64,000 nt of DNA. Origin: a virus. The position numbers were made by a program, and so were the translations under genes. The notes under the pieces are model-generated. The model was not told where the DNA came from and did no database searches. It saw only the letters and a list, made by a program, of their open reading frames with translations. The stretch is taken from positions 101,990-165,989 of IMG/VR virus record IMGVR_UViG_3300045988_048622. One strand, written 5' to 3'. This document shows, in pieces, positions 19,232 to 29,030 of this stretch (its first letter is position 1; each line of letters begins with the position of its first letter).

Positions 19232-21247
19232 TTAGAATTTAATTTTAAATGGTTTATTATCGACTTTAACTACAACCTCGTCGTGAGACGTACTAGAGAA
19301 TCCTAGTCCACTCAACTGGTTATCGTTGTATTCTGCTTTAGCTCTAGAGCCAATAGCTTCGAATACTCTCTTATGATCTTTTTCGAGATCGGGTCTCAGA
19401 TATTCATTGAAGAATCCTCGAACTGGGTCAGGATTTTTACATCCATCAATCATGAAGAATAGGTGCTTGTTTCCTATTTCATTACCTTCCCAATAATTTG
19501 GAGAATACATGATGCAAGAAACAGTTTGGAAACGCATAGTATCAATGCCCCACTCGTTCATAGACTTATATGAGGTTGCACCTTCGGCAATTACCGGACT
19601 TAGGGTTATATTACCAATAGAATCTACCTTGATAGTTGCTACCGTAATATATTCTCTGTCTGGCACCATCTTATCATAGTTGAACTTATGAAGCTCTCCA
19701 TTGATTTCGATTTCTACCTCGAATCCAAAGTCTATATGCTCTCTTTTGCAGAAGTTATGCACTCTCACTACATATTGACCTGCTCTGAGTCTAGATTGGT
19801 CAGTCCAGATAATATTCTCGACTGCATCTCTGGTTTTACCAGAACCAGCGTTCATATCTACATCTAGTGTACCACCAGTTAATCCTCTCTTGTGTCCGTA
19901 ATAGATTTCATTACCACCAGGTTCTGTTACATGGAGGTCAAGGTCATCATAGTTAAACCAGTGTAGAGAACACCTTAGGAATCCATTTACGTTACCACCT
20001 GCTGCTTTCACTTTCTCCTTAAATGAATCCGCCATAGAGCCATTATACACCCAAGCGAAGTTATTCTTCCATTTGAACAGCTGACCTGCATCAGGGTTCT
20101 CTGGAGCAGTTAGGGTAACAAAATTAGGAATATGCTTATTCTCAACAAGAATTTGCACATCCTTAGAGTGCGGCAATACATTAGTTACAAACTCCGAAAT
20201 TGAGATTTCAGTAGCTTTGGTATACTCTTTAGGATTAACCGTTGAGGTCTCTTTTAAAGAGTCAAATATACCTCCTTTCATACGTGAACGAGTATCTCTA
20301 TTTACGAACAGAACGTCGTTTACAGAAATATCTTCTACACGAGCATGACGGCGAGGAAGGGCATCAGTTAACCCAAGTTCTTCAACCTTCTTCTGAGCAG
20401 CCTCAATTTGTTTCTTAGTAATAAGAGCAGTAGGTCTCTTATAGTTAGATGGAGCCATAATGTTCTCATAAGACTTAACAGCTCTTTCCAGGTCCACACC
20501 ATTACTTAAGTCAATCAGTAGAGTTCCCATAGCTGTATTTCTAATCTTAGCTATTGGAGATTTGAAGTTAAACCAACAATAGTTAGTGCGAACCTCTGGT
20601 GAGAGATTATCGGCCTCAAGCATAGTTCTTCTGAACTCTTGCAGAGTCTTTAGGAACTCTTCTCCGCGATAGAGATTATTATCCTCTATCAACTCAATTA
20701 CGGTTTCTACCGCACTTAGTTTAAGCTCGGAAAGAGAACGTTCAAAGACACCAGCTCTAGCTCTAACATCTCCGCGATAACCTGCGGCAGAATCGAAATG
20801 ATGTACTCTCTTGTTGAATTTAAACTTGTTAGGAATAGTCACGTACAAGTGAGTCCAAGTTCTAGTAGTTCCATCAGGAAAAAGTTGCACATTATGGTCA
20901 CAACCGTGAAACTCATTAACATCCTGAATGAATATATCTCCTATTCCAGCTTCCTTAACGAGTTTAGCCAAATCCGATGCGGTCTTTTCATAGCCAGGAG
21001 TGTGAACATCATCCCAGAAGGTTTTCACCTTGTAGGTTTGAGGGTCTATAGCGACTACCTTACCATAGTGACGTATGAAAGACTTACAAGCATTACAATT
21101 GTGATCTTGCCGAATTGTTTCGTCCTCAAAGGAGAGAAGATAACTCATCCACAAAAGGTCTTTGTCTACATTAACTACAAATAAATTATCTGCAATCATA
21201 GCATTGAAAGCAGACTCTACATCTTTCTTGAAATCTTTAAAATTCAT
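19232..21247 (-). CDS. large hypothetical protein (671 aa)
   Basis: Long ORF with a CNAC cysteine pair near the N-terminus; no family recognised by eye. Confidence 0.45.
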   Translation of the reverse strand: MNFKDFKKDVESAFNAMIADNLFVVNVDKDLLWMSYLLSFEDETIRQDHNCNACKSFIRHYGKVVAIDPQTYKVKTFWDDVHTPGYEKTASDLAKLVKEAGIGDIFIQDVNEFHGCDHNVQLFPDGTTRTWTHLYVTIPNKFKFNKRVHHFDSAAGYRGDVRARAGVFERSLSELKLSAVETVIELIEDNNLYRGEEFLKTLQEFRRTMLEADNLSPEVRTNYCWFNFKSPIAKIRNTAMGTLLIDLSNGVDLERAVKSYENIMAPSNYKRPTALITKKQIEAAQKKVEELGLTDALPRRHARVEDISVNDVLFVNRDTRSRMKGGIFDSLKETSTVNPKEYTKATEISISEFVTNVLPHSKDVQILVENKHIPNFVTLTAPENPDAGQLFKWKNNFAWVYNGSMADSFKEKVKAAGGNVNGFLRCSLHWFNYDDLDLHVTEPGGNEIYYGHKRGLTGGTLDVDMNAGSGKTRDAVENIIWTDQSRLRAGQYVVRVHNFCKREHIDFGFEVEIEINGELHKFNYDKMVPDREYITVATIKVDSIGNITLSPVIAEGATSYKSMNEWGIDTMRFQTVSCIMYSPNYWEGNEIGNKHLFFMIDGCKNPDPVRGFFNEYLRPDLEKDHKRVFEAIGSRAKAEYNDNQLSGLGFSSTSHDEVVVKVDNKPFKIKF

Positions 21248-21328
21248 AATCTTTATTAGTTAAATATTTGATTGCATAATATAATAGTTAGACCAGTCAT
21301 AACTGCGGTCTCAAAACCCATTACTTCC

Positions 21329-21595
21329 CTAGTTACTAATAGTATTGTTCCCATCAGAACTATTACTAGTAATCTTACTAATTCCTTTTTCCACCATTTC
21401 ATGCTCTAGCTTCTTCAAAGTTTCTACACTCTCCTCATTGAACTTATCCACTCCCAGCTCACTAATCTTATATATCATAAGAATTTGGTGAAATCTTAGA
21501 TAAGGATATTGGTCAATGATTTGACTCAATCTAGTTAATATCTTGAAATTGGCTTTCTTTCTAAATTTGATAGCTTCTTCAATTTGAGCTTCCAT
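21329..21595 (-). CDS. hypothetical protein
   Basis: 88-aa ORF. Confidence 0.3.
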   Translation of the reverse strand: MEAQIEEAIKFRKKANFKILTRLSQIIDQYPYLRFHQILMIYKISELGVDKFNEESVETLKKLEHEMVEKGISKITSNSSDGNNTISN

Positions 21596-22073
21596 ATTTA
21601 TTAAGTATATCTAATTCCAATTCCTTAACTTTACTTTCATACAAGGAATCCTCAGCGTAGCCAATTCTGTCTAGGAATTTGTAATAATCCTCTTCTGGGT
21701 TATACTTACTAAGGATAAATTGCTTATAAGCGAATACACAGCTTATCCAACTATCGAACTTGAAGTAAGACATTGTTCTGGAATTATACAATCCGAACAG
21801 ATTGTTATTGTCCTTACAAAGTTTCGATTTAAAATTGCCAGATTCCAGAACAGCCTGAGCTGTTATAATTGCTGGATTTGGAAAATCGTAATGCTTCAAA
21901 GTATTGTACAATACTTCTTCGTTTACTTCATCCAATAAGTAGAATGGATGCTCTGGCAGCAATACCATTTCCTCCTGTTTCTGATTGAAATGTATCAGAT
22001 GATGCAAAGAATAACCAGTTGCAAATCCGAATACAATACTAATCATAAGGATAATTAAAACTTTCTTTTTCAT
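21579..22073 (-). CDS. membrane-anchored peptidoglycan hydrolase (FlgJ-type N-acetylglucosaminidase family)
   Basis: N-terminal signal-anchor followed by AQAVLESGNFKS...NNLFGL, which matches the glucosaminidase family consensus. Confidence 0.55.
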   Translation of the reverse strand: MKKKVLIILMISIVFGFATGYSLHHLIHFNQKQEEMVLLPEHPFYLLDEVNEEVLYNTLKHYDFPNPAIITAQAVLESGNFKSKLCKDNNNLFGLYNSRTMSYFKFDSWISCVFAYKQFILSKYNPEEDYYKFLDRIGYAEDSLYESKVKELELDILNKYGSSN

Positions 22074-22227
22074 AAAACTTCTTCTTCTATTAATCTAATA
22101 TCCCAGTAATTTTGAGTTACCGCCCATTCTATAGCGTCTTTCTTCTCTAGAAAAAGAGGAGAGATCTTCTCATAGTTTATAGGGACTTGCCCGTCATATG
22201 CCGTGGGAATTGAAATATAATATACTT

Positions 22228-22530
22228 TCATATCTCAATTGAATTAATAAATCTCGCATCATTAGCTAATTGATATACAGTAGTATTTAGCTCTGGTACA
22301 TAGACTATATAGTAGTAATCAAAGAATTGATTATTATCCTCAAATCCTATGATTACTCCTTTTCGTCCTCCATCTACAATGCAGTCTCTATACATATATT
22401 TTGCAATATCTTGACGGATTCCGTCATGATTTATTACAGCCTGCAATGCAGAAAGTCCGTAGTAAGATGTATTTACACCCCTTATCTCATGTCCAAGCAA
22501 ATCTTTATCAAAAGGAGAACTTACTATCAT
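22228..22530 (-). CDS. hypothetical protein
   Basis: 100-aa ORF. Confidence 0.3.
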   Translation of the reverse strand: MIVSSPFDKDLLGHEIRGVNTSYYGLSALQAVINHDGIRQDIAKYMYRDCIVDGGRKGVIIGFEDNNQFFDYYYIVYVPELNTTVYQLANDARFINSIEI

Positions 22531-22850
22531 AACAATACTTTAGTTAGGTCCTCTACAGTTAGATTAGCTATCTTCGATAATTCACAGATTTGGTTTGAGA
22601 AATCTAGCCTTGTTTTAAGTTCTAAATCCCTCCATTGCCGTACCTCCTCTCGACTCTTTCTAAGTTCTTCTTGTAAGTAGGATATAGCCGCCCTTGCTGA
22701 CTTTAATTGCTCTGTAGAACAAACGACAAAGTGCTTAGCTCCCTTCTTATTTGTAGAAGGAAGAGCGGCCTCAGCCTCTTCAATACTATCGAACTGTCCT
22801 AAGATAAAAGGAATATTATTACATTCCTTAATTAAATAGTACTTACTCAT
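22527..22850 (-). CDS. hypothetical protein
   Basis: 107-aa ORF. Confidence 0.3.
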   Translation of the reverse strand: MSKYYLIKECNNIPFILGQFDSIEEAEAALPSTNKKGAKHFVVCSTEQLKSARAAISYLQEELRKSREEVRQWRDLELKTRLDFSNQICELSKIANLTVEDLTKVLL

Positions 22851-23067
22851 CTTTAATTCCTAGATAATCCTTTAATAATTGAATGTTTCCTTCTCTCAAA
22901 TGCCGAATAAAAGCCTCCCTTTCTCTCTCAAATAGCAGAATTTTACTCTCTAACAGGTCTATTCGTCTTTGTTGATTTTCCTCGTATTCTTCAATAGCGT
23001 CAGAAATTGCTTTAAGTATAGAAGATTCCTTCATAGCGCTACTCATTGTAGAACTCTTCGTCCCCAT
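22843..23067 (-). CDS. hypothetical protein
   Basis: 74-aa ORF. Confidence 0.3.
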   Translation of the reverse strand: MGTKSSTMSSAMKESSILKAISDAIEEYEENQQRRIDLLESKILLFEREREAFIRHLREGNIQLLKDYLGIKDE

Positions 23068-23464
23068 TATCGTCGCCTATAGGATTCTCCCATCCATACT
23101 TTACAGCAGTAGCCTTAAACAAAGGCAACCCATACATAGCATAATTCTCTTCAGGATAATTCTCTAAGCCCTCTTCTAGAACTTGATTCCACCTTAGTAC
23201 CACGTAGAACATTAGGCTAGCTGAAATGCCTCTCTGGTCTAGAGCCTTCTCAAAACCAAACTCCACGTCAGACTTAAGTTGCTCTAGGATATTCTCTCTA
23301 GTCCATTCCTTAGGCTCTGGATAAGGCTCATCACCATCGTACTTGAAGCCTATTTTTTCTAACTGCTCTTCTGTTAAAAACTTTGCTAATCTAGAACCGA
23401 AACGGTCATCGAGAACTACGGCATAGTCTTTGTAATTGTCTAAAATCTCATTTAACGTTTTCAT
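23039..23464 (-). CDS. hypothetical acidic protein
   Basis: 141-aa ORF. Confidence 0.3.
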   Translation of the reverse strand: MKTLNEILDNYKDYAVVLDDRFGSRLAKFLTEEQLEKIGFKYDGDEPYPEPKEWTRENILEQLKSDVEFGFEKALDQRGISASLMFYVVLRWNQVLEEGLENYPEENYAMYGLPLFKATAVKYGWENPIGDDNGDEEFYNE

Positions 23465-23467
23465 TTT

Positions 23468-23788
23468 TTACATATCTTTTAGGTAAATATTTTGAGGATA
23501 TTCCCCGAATACTGATAGAGTTACAGCACAAATCCATACCCTGTCATTGTAATTCTTATTTTTGCATAAGTAAGTTGCTCCACATTCATCCTCCTCAATT
23601 TTAGACAACGTTATCTTAGCTGCAGCTGGGTCAACCATCTGCAATCTAACAAACTTATTATCTAGAGAATCAAGAAGTTCATCTGCACCACCAACCATTG
23701 CTAGTTCCTCTGGTGTTCCGTCATAATCTGGCCACCAATAGAACCAGACTCCTCCAACCTTTACAAACTCAAATGTTTTTCTCATCAA
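23468..23788 (-). CDS. hypothetical protein
   Basis: 106-aa ORF. Confidence 0.3.
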   Translation of the reverse strand: MMRKTFEFVKVGGVWFYWWPDYDGTPEELAMVGGADELLDSLDNKFVRLQMVDPAAAKITLSKIEEDECGATYLCKNKNYNDRVWICAVTLSVFGEYPQNIYLKDM

Positions 23789-23845
23789 TTATTAATTATA
23801 TTAAACAAAAAATACCCCAACAACTTCCGCTGCTGGGGTACATAG

Positions 23846-23917
23846 TAACGCCAACGGGATTCGAACCCGTATGGCAGGCGTGAAAAGCCTGAATCCTAAC
23901 CATTAGATGATGGCGCT
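23846..23917 (-). tRNA. tRNA-Glu (anticodon TTC)
   Basis: Acceptor AGCGCCA/TGGCGTT, anticodon stem CAGGC/GCCTG with loop TTTTCAC, T-arm ACGGGTTCGAATCCCGT. Confidence 0.65.
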
Positions 23918-23920
23918 ATC

Positions 23921-24595
23921 CTACTGCACAATTAAGCTATAAGCTTCTTGCAACAGTTTAATAGTTGGAACCATATGGTTATCAACAACTATTATTTTAT
24001 AAATGTTCAGAATTTCTTTGTAGGTTAAAGATGTACAAGTTAGAAATATCTGCACATCTTCGTTTACAGAACCATTTGACAATCCCAAATCTACTTTAAT
24101 CATACTGGGTAATGTTCCAATCTGAGAAATATCCCAAGTAGATTTAGTTCTCCTGAAAACTTCCCGCTGTTTGGAGGTAAGTTGCTTTTCTTTCAATCTA
24201 GACTCGATAATAGTACCATCGAACGTTAACGAACCTCCATCGGTATTACTATTATTTAATGCTAGCTGAATCTTCTGAACTGCAGAGTCTTTAGGTTTTG
24301 GCTTAAGTTGTACTCCTTCCTTCAAGCCCTTAATAATCTGCAATGAAGGAATAAAGTCTTTTATTTGAGTTGCATTCCATACAAGAAATTTTCCAGGACT
24401 ATCCTTAACAGTAACTATATACTTAGTCCCTCCGTTCAATGGAATAATCACTTGTAAGTCTGCATCACTCATTTTACTTAAATGGTCTGATACTCTAACT
24501 TTGACGTTTCCAATGACAAAGTAGCGAGAAACAGTTGTTTCCGCTTCGATAATCTCAGTAGCAGTTGCTACTAAATACTTTTCTAATCTAGTCAT
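23921..24595 (-). CDS. hypothetical protein
   Basis: 224-aa ORF. Confidence 0.4.
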   Translation of the reverse strand: MTRLEKYLVATATEIIEAETTVSRYFVIGNVKVRVSDHLSKMSDADLQVIIPLNGGTKYIVTVKDSPGKFLVWNATQIKDFIPSLQIIKGLKEGVQLKPKPKDSAVQKIQLALNNSNTDGGSLTFDGTIIESRLKEKQLTSKQREVFRRTKSTWDISQIGTLPSMIKVDLGLSNGSVNEDVQIFLTCTSLTYKEILNIYKIIVVDNHMVPTIKLLQEAYSLIVQ

Positions 24596-24622
24596 AAAAA
24601 TTAATCTGATTTAATGGTTAAG

Positions 24623-24695
24623 ATCCCCCACCCGGATTCGAACCGACGACCTTCAGGTTATGAGCCTGACTAGCTACCTCTGCTATCATCCCGCG
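24623..24695 (-). tRNA. tRNA-Met-like (anticodon CAT; initiator-like body) with an anomalous acceptor stem
   Basis: D-arm, anticodon arm (TCAGG/CTCATAA/CCTGA) and T-arm resemble bacterial initiator tRNA, but the 5' (CGCGGGA) and 3' (TGGGGGA) acceptor strands are not complementary in my reading. Confidence 0.35.
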
Positions 24696-24698
24696 ATA

Positions 24699-24884
24699 TT
24701 ACAAATGCTTTTTAATTAGTTTACAATGATTATACTCTCCTCCCCATCTAATAGGAAACTCTTTTTCCTTAGCCTCTTTATACTTCTCTGCCTGTTTCTT
24801 GTCTAAAAAGATTTGGCAATCAGTTTCATAATTTTGAGGAGCATTAGCTGGGTGATAATTTACTACAACTACATATACTTTCAT
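24699..24884 (-). CDS. hypothetical small protein
   Basis: 61-aa ORF. Confidence 0.25.
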   Translation of the reverse strand: MKVYVVVVNYHPANAPQNYETDCQIFLDKKQAEKYKEAKEKEFPIRWGGEYNHCKLIKKHL

Positions 24885-24904
24885 AATTTTTTAAATAAAG
24901 TTTG

Positions 24905-24977
24905 TGGACACGCAGGGACTCGAACCCTATCTTCCGGTGTGCAAAACCAGCGCTCTAGCCATTTGAGCTAACGGCCC
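24905..24977 (-). tRNA. tRNA-Ala-like (anticodon TGC) with an anomalous acceptor stem
   Basis: Good D-arm, anticodon arm (CTGGT/TTTGCAC/ACCGG) and T-arm, but the 5' GGGCCGT and 3' CGTGTCC acceptor strands do not pair. Confidence 0.35.
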
Positions 24978-25504
24978 ATGTTTGAGATTTTCTTTTTAAT
25001 TGGTGACATACCCATAAATTTCCACTGTTAAGATTCCACAACTTAACAACACCAGATAAGTTTTTTGTTTGAATCATGTTCTAGTAGCATAAGTCCGCAA
25101 CCATACTACTCTCTCAGTTCATCGACTATCGTGTCAGAAAAGGTCTCTATGATTCCGCAGGGACTGGCTTTAACTTAAACCCCGAATGGATTTTACCTTG
25201 CCAGGTCAGGATATTATTACGTTTCTAGCACTCTGAATTGATTTAGCCTGTTTAATCTTATAATCACGAACTACTTCTTTCATATAAGAGTTAAATTCCT
25301 TCATGTCTTTCCATGAAATCTCATTAGCTAGTTTCGGAGTTTGAAACATTTTGTACTTTTCTAATAGGTCTTTCATTTCTCTCTTTAGTTTTCAAAGCAT
25401 TTTCACACGCTTGTTTCTTCATTACATATGGACAATCACAATTTCCACTGTAGTACCAACAACAATAATCACACTGATGCATAATCTAATATAAGGTCAA
25501 TAGC

Positions 25505-25575
25505 TGGGGCACATGGACTCGAACCATGATTCTTTGATTAACAGTCAAAAGTTCTGACCTTTGAACTATACCCCA
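25505..25575 (-). tRNA. tRNA-Asn (anticodon GTT)
   Basis: Acceptor GGGGTAT/GTGCCCC with G-U pairs, anticodon stem TTTGA/TCAAA with loop CTGTTAA, T-arm CATGGTTCGAGTCCATG. Confidence 0.6.
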
Positions 25576-25833
25576 ATAGTTAATTTTCTCCACGGGTGTA
25601 GATAAGTACCCCTTTGGTACTTACCTTTTAGTAGTATCTTTACTCTAGACCTCTATAAGGAGGCGGAATAGTTCCAGAAACTAACCATGTATAGCTCTTA
25701 GAACTCTGTTCAAAATACCACTTAGCAGCTTTCTTCACAACATTAATTACTTTCTTCATAACATCAAAGTTTAAAATTGTTAATAATTAATCTAATTCAG
25801 AGCCACAAAAGGAGTTTAGTTGCGGAGGTAGGA

Positions 25834-26469
25834 TTATTTCCAAATAAATTTATATGCAGTTTTCAATTTCCCTTTTACACATAAACTAATCTTCTAGCGA
25901 ACACCTCCATTATAAGTTTTAGCATAACCATTGTCTACTAACCAGTGTGCAGCATCGGCTATACTGTTCCAAGTCCTGATAAAGTTATTATTTAAATCAT
26001 ACTGAGATATTGATACAGGTTGCTTGCAACTTCCCAAATAAAATTTGTTCTTTGGTATATTGTTTATATTTATTACTTTAGAAACTGTATCAACAGAACA
26101 TTGCATTTTGGCGGAAACTTCAATCATTGTCATTCCGCTAGTATATAAAGATATTATTTCTTTATAATCGAATAAGATAGCTCCATCGCCTCCCATAGTA
26201 GCATTATAGCCATTTGAGTATGTGTCTAGCTTATCTATAAATTGAATTTCATAAGAAGCTAATTCCTCATCATCACATTCATACAGCTACTCAACTATGA
26301 AGTTCTCGATCCCATACTTATTCATGGCATCATATAAAGGTCTTTTGTTGCATCTTTCTTTCTAAAAGTCATAACAATGTTCCTTCCAGCGCTCTTCTAT
26401 AGAAGTAGTAGTTTTTCCTACGTATCGCTTGCTATTAATTAAATTTGTAATGCAATAAATATATGCCAT
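25834..26469 (-). CDS. GIY-YIG homing endonuclease (I-TevI/Seg-like), read with TAG as a sense codon
   Basis: N-terminal GIY-YIG motif (YIYCITN...RYVGKTT...ERWKEH...YGIENF). Three in-frame TAGs join ORF-track fragments 26362..26625 and 25894..26196 into one 211-aa protein starting MAYIYCITN. Confidence 0.65.
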
Positions 26470-26489
26470 ATTTTTAAATTTAAAATTAG

Positions 26490-26574
26490 AATCCGTGGAG
26501 GGATTCGAACCCTCATTAAAGATTTCTCTTTTCAGTTTTGCAGACTGATGGCTAAACCATTCACCCACACGGAT
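26490..26574 (-). tRNA. type II (Ser-like body) tRNA with anticodon GCA (nominally Cys)
   Basis: Acceptor ATCCGTG/CACGGAT, anticodon stem TCAGT/ACTGA with loop CTGCAAA, long variable arm (AAAGA-GAA-TCTTT), T-arm GAGGGTTCGAATCCCTC; body resembles the tRNA-Ser(GCT) at 30864-30951. Confidence 0.45.
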
Positions 26575-26575
26575 A

Positions 26576-26878
26576 TTAAGATTTAAAGTACTTCTCTCTA
26601 AATGGGATATTAAATAATGAATCATTAATATCCTTATCAGTTATTTCCCTACCTAGAGCCTTCTCCGCACATTCGCTACAGATAAACACATGGTGGTCTG
26701 GATAATAATCTTTACCTCCCCCTTTGTAATAAGAGGAGAATTTCTTTGCAGCTTCTTTTTCAAAATTGGTTAGCTTAAAGTAATTTATTATCTTGTTCCA
26801 AACCTCATCAATAAACATTGGAGAGTTATGGTCTCCATAATAAAATTCTTTATTACATACTGTACACTTTATTTTCAT
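26576..26878 (-). CDS. hypothetical Cys-rich protein
   Basis: 100 aa with CTVC...CSEC cysteine pairs. Confidence 0.3.
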   Translation of the reverse strand: MKIKCTVCNKEFYYGDHNSPMFIDEVWNKIINYFKLTNFEKEAAKKFSSYYKGGGKDYYPDHHVFICSECAEKALGREITDKDINDSLFNIPFREKYFKS

Positions 26879-26893
26879 AAAACTTAAATTTTG

Positions 26894-26965
26894 AGTAGGT
26901 AATGAGAATCGAACTCACATCCTCGGCATGGCAAGCCGATGCACTAACCATTGTGCTATACCCAC
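26894..26965 (-). tRNA. tRNA-Gly (anticodon GCC)
   Basis: Acceptor GTGGGTA/TACCTAC, anticodon stem TCGGC/GCCGA with loop TTGCCAT, T-arm GTGAGTTCGATTCTCAT. Confidence 0.6.
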
Positions 26966-26970
26966 AAATG

Positions 26971-27045
26971 TGCAGGTAGAGAGACTCGAACTCTCCCCTC
27001 CAGATTGGAAGTCTGGCGTGCTCAATCCATTAACACCACACCTGC
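26971..27045 (-). tRNA. tRNA-Gly (anticodon TCC)
   Basis: Acceptor GCAGGTG/TACCTGC, anticodon stem CCAGA/TCTGG with loop CTTCCAA, T-arm GAGAGTTCGAGTCTCTC. Confidence 0.65.
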
Positions 27046-27080
27046 ATAATGGAGAGTTTTACGATACTCTCCTAAACGAA

Positions 27081-27425
27081 TTACTCAGATAACAGCTCCT
27101 GCATATCAATCTCGCCAGCTACCTTAGTAATAGCGATTTTGAACGGATTCCCCTTGATTTTGTCAAACAAGTGAGCATCACGAGTTTCTTTCACCTCGTC
27201 AGGAACATTAAATTTCTTCTTGCCTTTCTCTATAGTTTTCCATGTAACCACCTCGCAGCGAGTTATCTCGTAAACGCTGTCGTTTCGGTCAACGTAAACC
27301 TTGAAAAAGTTCTTTTTGTAGTTGAACTTCTCAACCCTTTTGAAATTCTTGGGATGAGCGTGGAACTTCAAGTCGCATTTTCCATTAGCTAAGAAAATCA
27401 ATTCTGCCATAATAATACTCCGCAT
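27081..27425 (-). CDS. hypothetical protein
   Basis: 114-aa ORF. Confidence 0.35.
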   Translation of the reverse strand: MRSIIMAELIFLANGKCDLKFHAHPKNFKRVEKFNYKKNFFKVYVDRNDSVYEITRCEVVTWKTIEKGKKKFNVPDEVKETRDAHLFDKIKGNPFKIAITKVAGEIDMQELLSE

Positions 27426-27546
27426 AGTCGGAGATTCAAAGTTAAACTATGTTAATTCCAGTCTTTCGTCTGGCACTCCACCTCGTTTTAACCAATAGCT
27501 ACTATTATTCACTATTTGAGCTAAGCTCTAAACTGGGATAAAGGTA

Positions 27547-27897
27547 TTAGTCTATGTAAATAAACGGTTTTCCAAATTCTTCCATGAAGGACTCAAACCA
27601 TCCCTCCATTTCTTCGTCACTATCAAAATAGATAGATTCATCATGTCTTTTAGAGAACTCTAAAATGATATGAGGTTTCTGATATACTATTCCATCCTTG
27701 TAGAAGGCATATCTCTTCTCTAAAGATGAAATCATTTTTTCTTCCGTATAAGTTCCAAAACATGGGTCCCAATAATCTCGATGTATTTTCCAAAACAAGA
27801 ATCGGTAATCGTCCACATAACGTACCCAATCAGGATGCTTTCTAGTTTTAAAAACTAAAACTCTCTTTACTAAACTTCCATTAATATACTTGTCCAT
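27547..27897 (-). CDS. hypothetical protein
   Basis: 116-aa ORF. Confidence 0.35.
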   Translation of the reverse strand: MDKYINGSLVKRVLVFKTRKHPDWVRYVDDYRFLFWKIHRDYWDPCFGTYTEEKMISSLEKRYAFYKDGIVYQKPHIILEFSKRHDESIYFDSDEEMEGWFESFMEEFGKPFIYID

Positions 27898-28017
27898 ACT
27901 TTAATCCCAATATTCTGGGCAGTTTTTAGGTCCATTTGACCCATGGAATTGCCATTGTCTACCATTTCCTGAATAATTTCACTTAACTCTTTCATATTAC
28001 TTAATAAATAAAAGTTG

Positions 28018-28099
28018 TAGGGTAGGAGGGACTCGAACCCTCACGCCTTGCGGCACATGGGCCTAAACCATGCCTGTCTACCAATTCCAGCACTACCCC
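28018..28099 (-). tRNA. tRNA-Leu (anticodon TAG), type II
   Basis: Acceptor GGGGTAG/CTACCCT, anticodon stem CATGG/CCATG with loop TTTAGGC, long variable arm, T-arm GAGGGTTCGAGTCCCTC. Confidence 0.6.
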
Positions 28100-28108
28100 T
28101 TGCTCTAG

Positions 28109-28546
28109 TTAATTGTTATTATAATTGTGAAGTTGCATATGACAGTTAGAGCAAACTATCATTAGATTATCCAACTTATTATTATAATGGTTATTATCCT
28201 TGTGATGTAATTCTAAAGGAATTTTCATTCCCATCCACTCTGATAATCCACAACGCTCACACTTATCTTCTTTATATCCATCCTCTATTAATCTTATCCT
28301 CTTTCTAGAATTAGAAACATTAGGATTTTCTATCAGGTCTAAAGCATCTTTCCTCTTTGGGTCTAGTCTTTTTCCCTTAGAACCTTGATTCCCCTTATAC
28401 TCTATTCCCATCTTAATATAATAGGATTTTAAAGTATCAACCTTGCAATTTAGTCTTCTAGCTATTTCAGCATTAGACTCATTTTCTGAAATCCATTGTC
28501 GGATTTCCTATTCTCTTTCTAAAATGTCGATTCTTGCCTTTGCCAT
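28109..28546 (-). CDS. HNH homing endonuclease with N-terminal HTH, read with one TAG as a sense codon
   Basis: HNH core CERCG...HHKDNNHYNN...CSNCH; a sigma-70 region-4-like HTH (NAEIARRLNCKVDTLKSYY) upstream is joined in frame through a single TAG. Confidence 0.6.
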
Positions 28547-28580
28547 ATTAAATACTATAAATTCCGCCACTACCCCAAGG

Positions 28581-29030
28581 TTACAATTCCCCGTCTCTTA
28601 TTTTCTCAGCCATAGTACACATCTCTTGATAATACTTGACTACCTTATTGAACAATTCTTCAGGAACTATTGTACACTTTTCACTTCCCTGCCCAGGAAG
28701 CCATTGACGATTTATCATTCTCTTCTTTTCAAGACTTATTCTAGTTGTATTGCTATCTATGAAAACTTCATAGAAATCTTCTTTAACATCTTCTCTAAAG
28801 GCAGTAATATCTTTAGTTATCTTGAAATAACCAAATGATTGTCTATTGAAGTTTATTTGAAAGCATTTTCCCTCAAAACTTTTTAGAAGTTGATTATTTT
28901 CTTCTTCTTTTAGTCTCCTTCTTTCTGCTTCCTCTCTAGCAATATTATCTAAGTATTCACAATACTCTTGAAGAGAACAGCCAGGATGTTTCCTGGCATA
29001 TTCTTTCATTGGACTTTCTCTTGACCACAT
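28581..29030 (-). CDS. hypothetical protein
   Basis: 149-aa ORF. Confidence 0.35.
   Translation of the reverse strand: MWSRESPMKEYARKHPGCSLQEYCEYLDNIAREEAERRRLKEEENNQLLKSFEGKCFQINFNRQSFGYFKITKDITAFREDVKEDFYEVFIDSNTTRISLEKKRMINRQWLPGQGSEKCTIVPEELFNKVVKYYQEMCTMAEKIRDGEL

Noticed and set aside
26362-26625. ORF-track N-terminal extension of the GIY-YIG gene, and ORF 37527..37748.
   Set aside because: The extensions overlap folded tRNA genes (26490-26574 and 37664-37746). The real GIY-YIG start is the internal Met at 26469 that begins MAYIYCITN.
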